The notes below the pieces were generated by a model. That model did not search any database, had not been told where the DNA came from, and saw only the letters and a program-made list of their open reading frames with translations. DNA of 63,984 nucleotides, filler included, from Syncephalis fuscata S228 (taxonomy: Eukaryota > Fungi > Zoopagomycota), in assembly GCA_025786725.1 (NCBI GenBank). It is 5 parts of 5 records of this genome, joined end to end, with 100 filler letters (N's around TTAATTAATTAA, not from the genome) between each part and the next. Parts side by side here need not be neighbours in the genome. Positions count along the whole stretch, not along the records: positions 33,919 to 58,537 come from JAHLTZ010000126.1; positions 58,638 to 62,649 come from JAHLTZ010000346.1; positions 62,750 to 63,984 come from JAHLTZ010000369.1; 2 more parts are not named here. One strand, written 5' to 3'. The position numbers were made by a program, and so were the translations under genes. Positions within the stretch are counted from its first letter, which is position 1. Each line of letters starts with the position of its first letter. This document shows, piece by piece, positions 53,707 through 63,984 of the stretch.

Positions 53707-54244
53707 TTATGGTTTAGTCATAGAATCTAGAATATCTATTTTTGTAGAACTGGTCGTGTCAATCTCTGGTGCCAATAATATCAACTGTTTAATGGCATGG
53801 GCATGGATAATGGACCAATGAGAAGTGCCCGACCTGGATGGTGAAGGAGACACGGGCAAGGACGGTAATTGAACAAGTGAATCCTTGGCTTCTAGTCTAC
53901 CATGAGTACCATCTTCGTTTTGATCGTGTGAGCATCGTGGACATAATGGGCAATCGATGGTGGTATTGGTCTAATATAAAAATAATAGTAACAATAAAGA
54001 GAGTAAAGATATTAATAGAGCATCGTTTATTGTTCTTGGCAACACTTGCCGAAACATTGTTTGAACTAGTAAGAAATACCGTATGTGTTACTGGATCGAT
54101 CGAGTAGAGCAGCCCATGTTGAATGGTTGTTCGATTTGATGACTGAAGCAATTCTACATGGACTGGTTTGCCACAATGCATCCACGCTTCATTAAATGAA
54201 AAGTCAAAAGGCCACTGGTTGTCGTTATTGTTAATGGTAGTCAT
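53707..54244 (-). CDS. Gemin6-like Sm-fold protein (putative GC-AG intron 53971-54049)
   Basis: GLLYSIDPVTHTVFL and IIHAHAIKQL resemble Gemin6 GWVLTTDPVSANIVL / IMGHAV; in-frame join via GCAAGT...TTAG. Confidence 0.5.
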
Positions 54245-54403
54245 CCTATTGGTAGTTATGATATTATGTATAACAGTAACAGATAAAAGAGTGGTGTTGA
54301 TGTAATAAAGGTTTTATGACTATTAAACTATCCTTTATTTTTCTTTAAATTACAACTATTACTGTCTAGTTAGTTATTGACTTTCAGCTTTTACATATTT
54401 GCA

Positions 54404-55688
54404 ATGGCTGATCGACGGGCCACTAACAAGTACTATCCACCGGATTGGGATCCCAGTAAGGTAGATGATGGAATTACTGCATTTTATAAATACTGAATAT
54501 TGTTTTAAAGGGTTCTTTAAATCAATATCATGGACAGCATGCATTGCGTGAACGAGCCAGGAAACTTAATCAAGGCATTTTGATTGTAAGGTAGGTAGTT
54601 GACCAGCTATTGAGCTGTTTAATAACAGAATCTGTACAATAGATTTGAACTGCCCTTTAATATATGGTGTGAAGGCTGTGATAATCATATTGGCACGGGT
54701 AAGTGGATTGAATTGGTTAAAGTGTCATATTAATATAGACTATTCACTATTATTATGTTATGTATTAGGGGTGCGCTATAATGCCGAGAAGAAAAAGATC
54801 GGCAATTATTATAGCACGCCCATTTTAAGTTTTCGTATGAAATGTCATTTATGCGCGAATTGGATTGAGATACATACAGATCCTAAGGTAATTAAATTAG
54901 CAAGCCATTTAACCATATTAACTATATGATTGATGATTAGAATGCACGATATGTTGTGGTGGGTGGGGCACGACAAAAGATTGAGACTTGGGAGCCAGAA
55001 GATAGTGAAGTAATTCGTCTTCCAGGTTAGTAGAGGAGAAAGACAAATAGATTTGTTGTAAATACTTACTTGCTGATGATAGATGAGGCGGATAAAGAAC
55101 GAAGAGAAAAGAATGCATTTGCCCAGTTGGAACATGGTGTAGAAGATCAACGCAAGGCGGCCACACTTGCACAGCGTTTAACAGATCTACAAGAAGTGAA
55201 CGAGAAACATTGGTGCTCACCCGATGATCAGTCAAGTAGATTGCGGAAACGATTTCGAGTAAGTATTAATACTAGTATTATTGGCTGTACTAAATCAAAT
55301 GTAGACGGAAAAGAAAGTATTGGCGGTAAAGAAGAAAGAAGCTGATGAGATTAGAGAACGCAACTCATTAAGCATTCCTATTGTACCAGAATCAACTGAA
55401 GATGTATTGGCGGCAAAGAATGTTGTTTTTGGTGATGCATTAAAGCAGGAACAGGCTATACAGCAGAAACGAACGATTCATGCAAAGCCACTGTTTACAA
55501 AACAATCAACAAAGCGGCACCATTCATCTGTCGTTAAATCGAGTATTTCACAGCAGATTCTTATGAATACGCGACGGAAAATGGATCCATTTTTGACAGC
55601 TAGTTCATTTAGTAATAATTCAAAAAGTACTACTAGTTCTGTAAAACTTTTAGTGAAGCGTAAATCATCAACTACACTAGATAAATAG
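54404..55688 (+). CDS. CCDC130: CWC16/YJU2-family splicing factor, CCDC130 (YJU2B) type, multi-exon
   Basis: [76 protein letters not shown]. Confidence 0.93.
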
Positions 55689-55930
55689 CTCAAGTTGTTT
55701 GTTTGGCAGTGGTGGCTGTGTCAGCAATTAGTACTGTATTATTGTAAATCGAAATTAAAATAGTTTTAAACATCATGTTTAATAAATAGCCAAATTATAT
55801 GACTTTGTATAACATAAAAGAGGTCGAAATAATTAAGCTTATTAATTATAATAGACACATTTTAAACGTTGTAACAATATATTCAGCTTTTAAGTTATTC
55901 GTCAAGTTTTATTTGTTTTGATCTTTGGTT

Positions 55931-57438
55931 CTACTTCATCCGATTTAAGTATTGCTCTGGAGTGAGTCGCTTACTAGGATCCAAGGCTAGACACTGGTTG
56001 ATCATGGTCAGTAGTAAAGCGCCTTCTTTTGGATGATTCGTATAGTCGACGTCAAATTCATTGAAAATACCCAGTTGCAAGAATCCATTAAGAACAAACT
56101 GCGAATAATTTTTAAAGTAAGGGTCTTGCATTGAAACGCGCATACTGGCTCTTAATACTTCAAATATGTTTTGTGGTAACATGAGTTTTTCGAACGATGT
56201 CGGTACCATTTGTTGAACACTGGCTGCTGGAAAGAAGCCATTATCGTTATTAAGTAAAAGAGCTGGGTGGTTATTTGAAGATGCCGAATTATCGGTAATG
56301 CTTTTTACCAAATAAGCTTTGAATTTTTGAAGAAAATCTCTAAATGTGCTTTGAATGTTTTTAGACGGTTGTTTCATTCCTAGGCTAGAGAATAGCGTAT
56401 CGATGTTGGCGTTATGCTTGCTACGTTCCTTGACATCAAAGAGATCGGTAAGTGCAACGGTATAAAGCATTTCACCGACATTCCACATGTCCATACTACG
56501 TGGATCACCTTTACTCTGATTAATCCACTCTGGCGAGTAAAGCAAAAACGGCTCATGAGGTGCTGCTAGCTTTACTACTGTGCCATCAAAAATGGGATCA
56601 GGATTTTTGATTACACTGATGTCGATTAATGGCATTGGCTCAGGATGTAGTATAACGTTAACATCTATAATTGTTTATATAAGTAATTGCGCTAGATGTA
56701 TCAGATATCAACCTACTTAGTGGATTGAGATTGAGGTTGGCCCAGCCTACTTGATGAATATAATTGATGCCTGTTTATATGGTAATAAAGTTAATTGGCC
56801 GTTTGACTGAGGATACACAAAATGTTTTTACCTTGTAGTAGCTGCTTAAAGAACTTTGGAAACATTCTAATCTTTTCATAGCGTGACAAGGTTTGCATGT
56901 AGTAGTTTAGTGAACCAGCAGTTTGAGTAACTACAACAAAACAATGCATGTTTTGGCCAGGAGAAAAAGCCCATGGTGCCAGAACGTACTTTTCTCCATC
57001 CATACCATGCTGAGTGCTCGTTTTTGTTGTCATGTCCTAGAATTGATGCAGTTTAGTACAATGCTATGAATAAACAATATAGAACATACTTTATAGAATT
57101 TAAATTGGTTATTAAAGTCTGCTGGTGCACGGCACCTGACAGTAACTGGCCTGTTTCTATATAGCTGATTCCAAGTGTACTCGTTGTTGATTTTACGAAG
57201 TTGATCTGGAATGTAGATACCATCAGGAATAATACTGAATTGCTGCGTAGTATCTGGGCTATGTGCCACTAGAAGTTTTATTGTATAAATGTTTATGCCA
57301 AAATCTACACTTTACTAACATACCTGCCATAAATCTATCCATAATCGACGCAGCACCGAGTGTGGATTGGGCAGCTTGCAGCAATACCAAAGCACTAGTA
57401 ATGGTAGCTAGTGGGTTTGCTTGTGTGAAAATCATCAT
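55931..57438 (-). CDS. Secreted (pseudo)kinase-like protein, multi-exon
   Basis: Hydrophobic N-terminus LATITSALVLLQAAQSTLGA; GINYIHQVGW, YSPEW, DMWNVGEMLY and MINQCLALDPSKRLTPEQYL (kinase subdomains VI, VIII, IX, XI); no HRD or DFG. Confidence 0.75.
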
Positions 57439-58537
57439 AAGTGCATCAAATTGTTTTATTGAGCGGATATAATTTGTGTTTGTGTGTGTCTAAAAAAATA
57501 ATATTGAGAGAAAAGTGGCGATGTCAAAAGAGCTAATGGCCAACAATAGCAACAATTTATGGCTATTATATAGCTATTCTAGCATTCTATAGCTGTATAG
57601 AAAAAAAACAAGTGTTTTAAATTTACCATTAAGTCAATTGACGCACATGGCCAACATGTTTTAATTATCGTTTTAACTAATCGTATTCGTGCTGATGGTT
57701 ACTTTATAACTTGAAGTTTCAGCAACTTGCTATCCATAAACAGTATTTAAACAGCCCAATTAATCACAAGTCGTTTTCAATTGCAAACCATTTTAAGCAA
57801 TAGTTACATTCCACGACCAATAAATTTTAACTTTCCTTCCTTGAATACTTAGCACGTGAACACTTTTTGTATTGAAACTCAATATAGAATTCTGTATATT
57901 ATATTTTTTTCCATTAACAACTAAATTTGATATTACCAAGCATTTTTCTGGTTTCAGACCATTTTTATAAAACTAAAATCAATTGCAAGTTGCTAATAGT
58001 TGTACGATTGTAAACAACAAACTACACATGCTTTGTAACACGCCTGTATTACATGTGGATCGTTGTATAAATATAGTTGATCAATCGGCATACACATGAA
58101 TGAATGTAGCCTGAATTACACAGTCCAACTAACCATAACTTTTATATTATTTTGTTTTAAAGCATGTAAATGCTTTGGCATTACGCTGCTATAATTTACA
58201 GTCTTGTTAGCAAAGATGTAATTTATATTAATAAGAATGAGCTATTGTTGCTGAGCTGGTAAATGTGCTATATGTTACTTTATTGTAAAGTGCTGCTAAA
58301 TAATACCTCACATCGTTGGCTAAAATATCTTGTGTAGATTTACCATTCAATAAACGATTACCATGCTTTCTCTATACACAAACCAATTTAAAAGTGATGC
58401 AATAATGTTGTTAATATTTTATGCAAAATACTGCGGCTCAGATTATTTATACCCAAGTACTCGTCAAGTGCACAATGTGCTCAGAGCTTGACTCTATAAT
58501 ATGGGAAATCTCATCATAGCCAGCAATACTAATAGTA

Positions 58538-58637
58538 NNNNNNNNNNNNNNNNNNNNNNNNNNNNNNNNNNNNNNNNNNNNTTAATTAATTAANNNNNNN
58601 NNNNNNNNNNNNNNNNNNNNNNNNNNNNNNNNNNNNN
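58538..58637. other. Assembly gap / artificial linker
   Basis: N-run with central TTAATTAATTAA. Confidence 0.98.
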
Positions 58638-59240
58638 TGGTGGCGTTGAAGCAGATCGTCGTCACGGCATGGTTCAACAGTTTAATGCCGATCCTTCTAT
58701 CGATGTTTTATTATTAACTACACACGTGGGTGGCCTTGGTCTTAATTTGACAGGTGCTGATACGGTCATTTTCGTTGAACACGACTGGAATCCGATGAAA
58801 GACTTGCAAGCCATGGACCGTGCTCATCGTATTGGTCAAAAGCGTGTCGTCAACGTTTATCGACTGATTACTCGTGGCACGTTAGAAGAAAAGATTATGG
58901 GGCAAGTAGACTGAAATATTAACAAAACAACATTGTCTAACTTATCAATGATCATAGATTGCAGAAATTTAAGTTGAATATTGCCAATTCAGTTATCAAT
59001 CAACAGAATTCCGGCTTACAAAATATGGGCACCGATCAAATTCTCGATCTATTTGCTGTTGACGGAGTTGCAGATGAAAAGAAACGTGGTGGCGATTCAG
59101 GCGCCGCATCAGGAGTAGATGCCCAAGATACAGTACCTGGATCAATGAAGGCTGCTCTCGAAGGACTAGAAACACTATGGGATGAGCGACAATATGAAGA
59201 AGAATACAATCTTGATCAGTTTATTGAATCATTGCGCTAG
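58638..59240 (+). CDS. MOT1: TBP-associated SNF2 ATPase Mot1/BTAF1, C-terminal fragment (GC-AG intron 58902-58957)
   Basis: [54 protein letters not shown]...[16 protein letters not shown]. Confidence 0.96.
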
Positions 59241-59779
59241 TTTATTATTAAATATTGATGTTTTTACGATATATTATTATTAATATTGCACATATATATA
59301 TATAGCTATTTCATTAATTATTTATATGTAAATGAATGAACGATCGCCAAGTAGATAAATATGCAACTATTAGAGTAATGTAAATGGTTGCTAAAGTCAT
59401 TGTACTGACAACCGTATACATACAATAGTAGTGATGTAGATCATATGGTCACTATGTTTGCTAAGCAAGTTTACAATGTTGGTACAACAATATGACCTGC
59501 TACTGCTAAGACTACAAAACTGTTACAAAAACTCTACAAGTAAGCAGCACAGCTAATGAAGCAAACATTGACTAAAGAATTGCACTGCATAATGTATTAA
59601 CTTTTTGACAAGTCAGGTATATGTCATTATTTATTAGCAACTAGTTTAACAATTGTTACTATAATTAATATTACTAAATACAATCAATAATATTTACAAA
59701 ACTAAATTAGAAATTTGTTCTATTGAACATGCGGACAAGTGGTGAGTTTTATTTAATCAGCACATTATTACATTTATTA

Positions 59780-60930
59780 TTTGTTTGGTGGTCAATGACT
59801 ACAATTAATAACACCCAATCTATTGAACATGATAATGGATAGTGAGCGACATCAATCATCAAATACTCATCATCATAAATTCATTATCCAGTATGCATAT
59901 ATCCTCTATTCATCTATATCATTCTATGATATACTAGGCACATTCTATTGTTTATATAATCCTATATACTCCACTCATTCTGTTCATTACGTTATATGCA
60001 CTATAACTTTGACATTGTTTTATATAATTTCTTACCATATATTTATAATTTTATATATTACTATTATATAATATCAACACGTTATTTGAAACTGTTATTT
60101 GTTTAATGCTAGTTTAATTACTAATAAATTTAAATTATTTTGTTTACTTACTCATGCATATATGTATCGTGTAACTGTCTGGTAGACAAATCAGTTAATG
60201 CGAGTCGACTATGGCTTTGATGCTAGTCGGGCAGAATGATGAGTATACATGCTAATAACAAGTTTAAGCAAAATAGGAACATGATATATTAATGAGTATG
60301 CAAATAAAGAAGGTTAGAAATAAAACAGCGTAAACAGCAATAATATAGTATTGTAATGATGATATATGTGTACTAAATAATAAATATACAATAATAAATA
60401 TTTTAATGATTGATAATATTCAGCATTCAGTTTCATGTTCAATAAAACGAATATGTAGTTAGTTACGCGAATGCTGTTAAAAATGCAAATGCTTAGCACA
60501 AATGCTCATTCCCCCCATTACATTATATGCACCATAGTTTTAATACTACTTATTGTATTATTTTCATCGTATATTCATTTTATTCCATATCATTCCAACT
60601 TTTTTATTAATAAAATTGATATATCGTATTTAGTCTGTTCACTGAATTATATTGATATAACAAATAATATGAATATAAACGGAGTTATGTTTTATTAAGT
60701 TTATTTATAAATAAACTAGATCATGTCAGTTAGATATGATTTTAATGTTAATCAAGTAAAGTGACGGGTATAGATGGTAATAACACATACTGTGATGATA
60801 TATGCATACTAGATAATGAATCTACAATGATGAGTATTTAATATTTAATAAAACTCACCATCCATCATCATGTTCAACAAATTGGATGTTATTAAAAGTT
60901 AGTCATTTAACGCATAAATCACAATATAAT
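59780..60930. mobile_element. MITE-like family B, copy 2 (inverted relative to 7380-8270)
   Basis: 59800-60025 matches the reverse complement of ~7970-8225; 60600-60925 matches the reverse complement of ~7385-7708. Confidence 0.72.
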
Positions 60931-61120
60931 TGTTAATAAATTATTTAATACTAGCTTTAATAATAATGGAGACATATAACTCAATTAACTAAATGAACCA
61001 TTTATTTGGTTATTTGGTTCTACTTGCCCACATCAGATCATAGCACATAATAAGTAAAATAGCGATATTTATTCACTTGATCCAAATCTCGTTTAACAAT
61101 CAGCAGTAAACCATGCTTAT

Positions 61121-62055
61121 TTAAATCAATTTCTTGGAATGGAAGAACTGGCGCAAGTACACAAGTTGCCATAGACCGAGACCGATAAGAGCAAGAATAG
61201 ATGCAATATTAAACCATTGAACACGTTCGTTGGTGGACTCTATGTAAACAAATGAGCATAAATACAATTAGAGGACAGAGGAATAGTAGTCGATCATCAA
61301 CTTACCGTTCGTGTTGCGCATTTTGGCTTCACGTTGTTTTAAGTAGTCTATCTCGTTAACGACCTCGTCAATCATCTTCTCTAGTCGTCGCAGCTCAACT
61401 TCCATAGGCTTCAATTTCTCGCGCTTGGCCATCATCTCATAATCGATTGTGTCGGCACCAACATCTAGGTGCATCTCAACACGGCGATAAAACTCGGTTC
61501 CTGGCGTGTAGCCTATTATATCTGGATTAGCTACTGAAATGTAATATGAATCAAGCCCATAGCTACCTTGTGCAAGATGGTTCATAATGCAGATAGATAT
61601 GTCGGCAAACTCGTGTGTAGTAAACGCGATTTTCGTGTCCAAAATATCCTTCTTACGAGCGTATTCATTACGGCTCTGCGTAATATCAAAAACCTAAATA
61701 CCATAGTAATATTAGATAAGTATAGACTATTTTCTACGGGTAGATATAGCAAGACAAAGTTAAGAAATCACCAACTAACGGCATGAGATATAGATTCATA
61801 TTACGGACCGCACTCTGACAAGCTCGTTGGATCTACACATAGTAACGTTCTTACCTCAACATCAACGCGCATATGTGCTCCGGGAGAAGCGTTCAAATTA
61901 AGCATGACCAAAGTATTTGCAGGAACCCATTGTGTGAAGCATTTCTTTTTGCCTGACGAGTAAGGCACTGCGGCCATGTTAAATTTCAAAGCATTGGCAA
62001 ATACTGCCAAACAAGTTAGCGTGATGAACACACGCGCCGCAATACTACTCAGCAT
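61121..62055 (-). CDS. ERV25: p24-delta cargo receptor (Erv25/TMED10), multi-exon
   Basis: Signal peptide, GOLD domain, [31 protein letters not shown] segment and C-terminal FFHSKKLI. Confidence 0.95.
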
Positions 62056-62649
62056 GATGAGTATACTAATAATAACAATAGCAAAGCAGTGATCGGTTTT
62101 ACACTTTGGAGAGTTGACACGATCGATCGCGCCAGTTGGTGAGGTAACTAAAAGAGTAACAGCGGAAGACGTGCGTATGAGTTGGCGTAAAGGGATTGGA
62201 CGAATTTGTATACGTGTTTGTCGTCAGTCAGCTTTCTGATCCAGTGAATCTGGTTTTCAATTTATTTGAAAAAAACAACTTGCAACGAAAAATGGCGCCA
62301 TTTATGGACTTGTCTTCTTTAGTAGCCTTTGCATAAACTTTAGTGATACTAGCAAAAATACATCTTGATTTATATTGATCTTTTTAGCTTTAAGTAATAA
62401 ATTGCAATGGTACAAATATAGTACAACAATGAACAGTTTACATAGCGATAGCCATTATAAATACCTAGTAGCAAATAATACATAAATTTGTATTTACGAA
62501 TATTACACCACTGTTAAACGCATTTCAATCATTTTTTTTACAATAGTAAGGTGATCAACAAGAACTATGTTGTATTTTTTGAATTCACGCTAACAGCTCG
62601 CTAGCTTAAGCATTGTTTAATTCGTATTATGTTTGTTAGTGTTGTCAAT

Positions 62650-62749
62650 NNNNNNNNNNNNNNNNNNNNNNNNNNNNNNNNNNNNNNNNNNNNTTAATTA
62701 ATTAANNNNNNNNNNNNNNNNNNNNNNNNNNNNNNNNNNNNNNNNNNNN
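62650..62749. other. Assembly gap / artificial linker
   Basis: N-run with central TTAATTAATTAA. Confidence 0.98.
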
Positions 62750-63984
62750 CTTTTTGTCATCATTTTCCCTATTATAATTTGTTTCATCTTCAAGTGTTGC
62801 TGATGATGAGGTAAGAATAAGTTCGGTAAGATGGTCAATACGTTCACGTAGTGTAGTTCTGGCCAGTTGTAATTCCATAACTTCTTCTTCAAACTATTAA
62901 TAATCAAATCATTTAATCGATTGTCTTTGATATTTAATTAGATTTACTAACCTTTTTGTTTTCTTGTTTCAAATGTTTAATTTCATCATTGCTAGTCGAT
63001 CCCAATGCTTCGTTTGTGTGAATAAGACGTGCCTTAAGTTCCATAATCTCAAGACGATATTTTTGCAATAATGCTTTATCATCTACAACCTAACGAATAG
63101 TGGATAAATTAAAAGTTACTTGTTTAACCGGTTATCTTACTTGATTTGTATGAGCTGATGTGGTTACTTGCTTAATACTGGATGCAAATTTTAACGTATT
63201 TAAACTTTCATCAAGATTAGTAGCCGATGGTGCTAGAGTACAAATAACTGCTACTCTTGCGTTACCCGACAAGGAAGTTTGAAGCAATCGAGTAAGTTTC
63301 GAGTCTCGATACGGAATATGACTTCTATTAATATTATTACATTAATTAGAAATGTACTTGTTTAATACGTAATAATTAACGACTTACTCTTTTCATTGGT
63401 TAATTTGAAATGACGTGCCAAAGTTAACAAACTAGTACACATTACTATTAAATTAGATGATGATAGAGATTAGTAATATACACTTTATATCCTTTGTTAT
63501 ATAGGCTGTTTCACGACGACGTTCCACGGTACAGAAGCTTTTTCGGATCCGGCTAAATCAATTAGTCTATAATGATATTAATAATTAACAATAAATAATA
63601 TTAACGTAGTACAAATCCAACATACCAACTGTGAAATGCGTACAGCGTTACGCGATCCACTTCGTCCAGCACGGGCACGTCGTACACCCATACTTAGATT
63701 GGCATACCACGTTCACGGCTTTCAATAATCTATATTAAATATTAGTATTAGTTGTAATAAAATAGACACACTATAAACCAGCCTACCAATTGAAATATCG
63801 TGTGTGATCGACTACTGTGTTCATTATAGTCGGTGGTGCTCACATGTCGTTTAGCTATCATAAATTATATCAGCATCAAGCTATTGTATAATAACAATAT
63901 AATTACATTCTCCTTTACGGATTACACGCATAACTTGAGCTACTGAGTAACAATTTCTTCTTTTAATGGACTGACATAACACCA
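62750..63984 (-). CDS. Kinesin-7 (Kip2/CENP-E-like) motor, internal fragment with several apparent single-base deletions
   Basis: TDYNEHSSRSHTIF, LIDLAGSEK, HIPYRDSKLTRLLQTSLSGNA.VAVICT, ESLNTLKFA, DDKALLQKYR.EI.ELK. Confidence 0.9.

Noticed and set aside
23061-62749. Four TTAATTAATTAA motifs inside N-runs
   Set aside because: Artificial six-frame-stop linkers. Adjacency across them, and ORFs running into them, are not biological evidence.
63395-63545. Several frameshifts in the kinesin motor, suggesting a pseudogene or RNA editing
   Set aside because: Clustered single-base deletions at short runs are typical of low-quality consensus; flanking motifs are conserved.
1-63984. CRISPR arrays, tRNA and rRNA genes
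   Set aside because: None recognised; the sequence is eukaryotic and its repeats lack repeat-spacer periodicity.

Overview
Eukaryotic, AT-rich, intron-dense fungal genomic DNA (introns mostly 50-80 bp) in five contigs joined by artificial 100-nt N/TTAATTAATTAA spacers. The gene content (signal-peptide kinase-like proteins, small secreted lectins and LPMO-like proteins, CNOT10, Gemin6-like, archaeal-type iPGM) suggests an early-diverging fungus, plausibly a Syncephalis-like zoopagalean mycoparasite; this is inference. Housekeeping-type genes: two LaeA/TAM-like methyltransferases, apgM-type phosphoglycerate mutase, NTAQ1, ABCC transporter, ASNSD1, PAM2-CCCH-Smr protein, CNOT10, P4-ATPase, Gemin6-like, CCDC130/YJU2B, MOT1, ERV25 and kinesin-7. 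Mobile DNA: a 5'-truncated LINE with a perfect 15-bp TSD, two Mutator-like relics, a MITE-like family and a solo-LTR-like unit. The main observation is a ~13-kb quasi-palindromic accessory locus (33.9-47.1 kb). It holds two inverted TOK-type K+ channel genes whose six introns are identical and whose upstream DNA is nearly identical, while the exons and 5' leader are up to ~10% divergent. The pair encloses a minimal LPMO-like gene and a head-to-head pair of ricin-B lectins with identical signal peptides but highly diverged mature domains, and one breakpoint of each arm sits at a Mutator-like terminus. All counts were made by eye.
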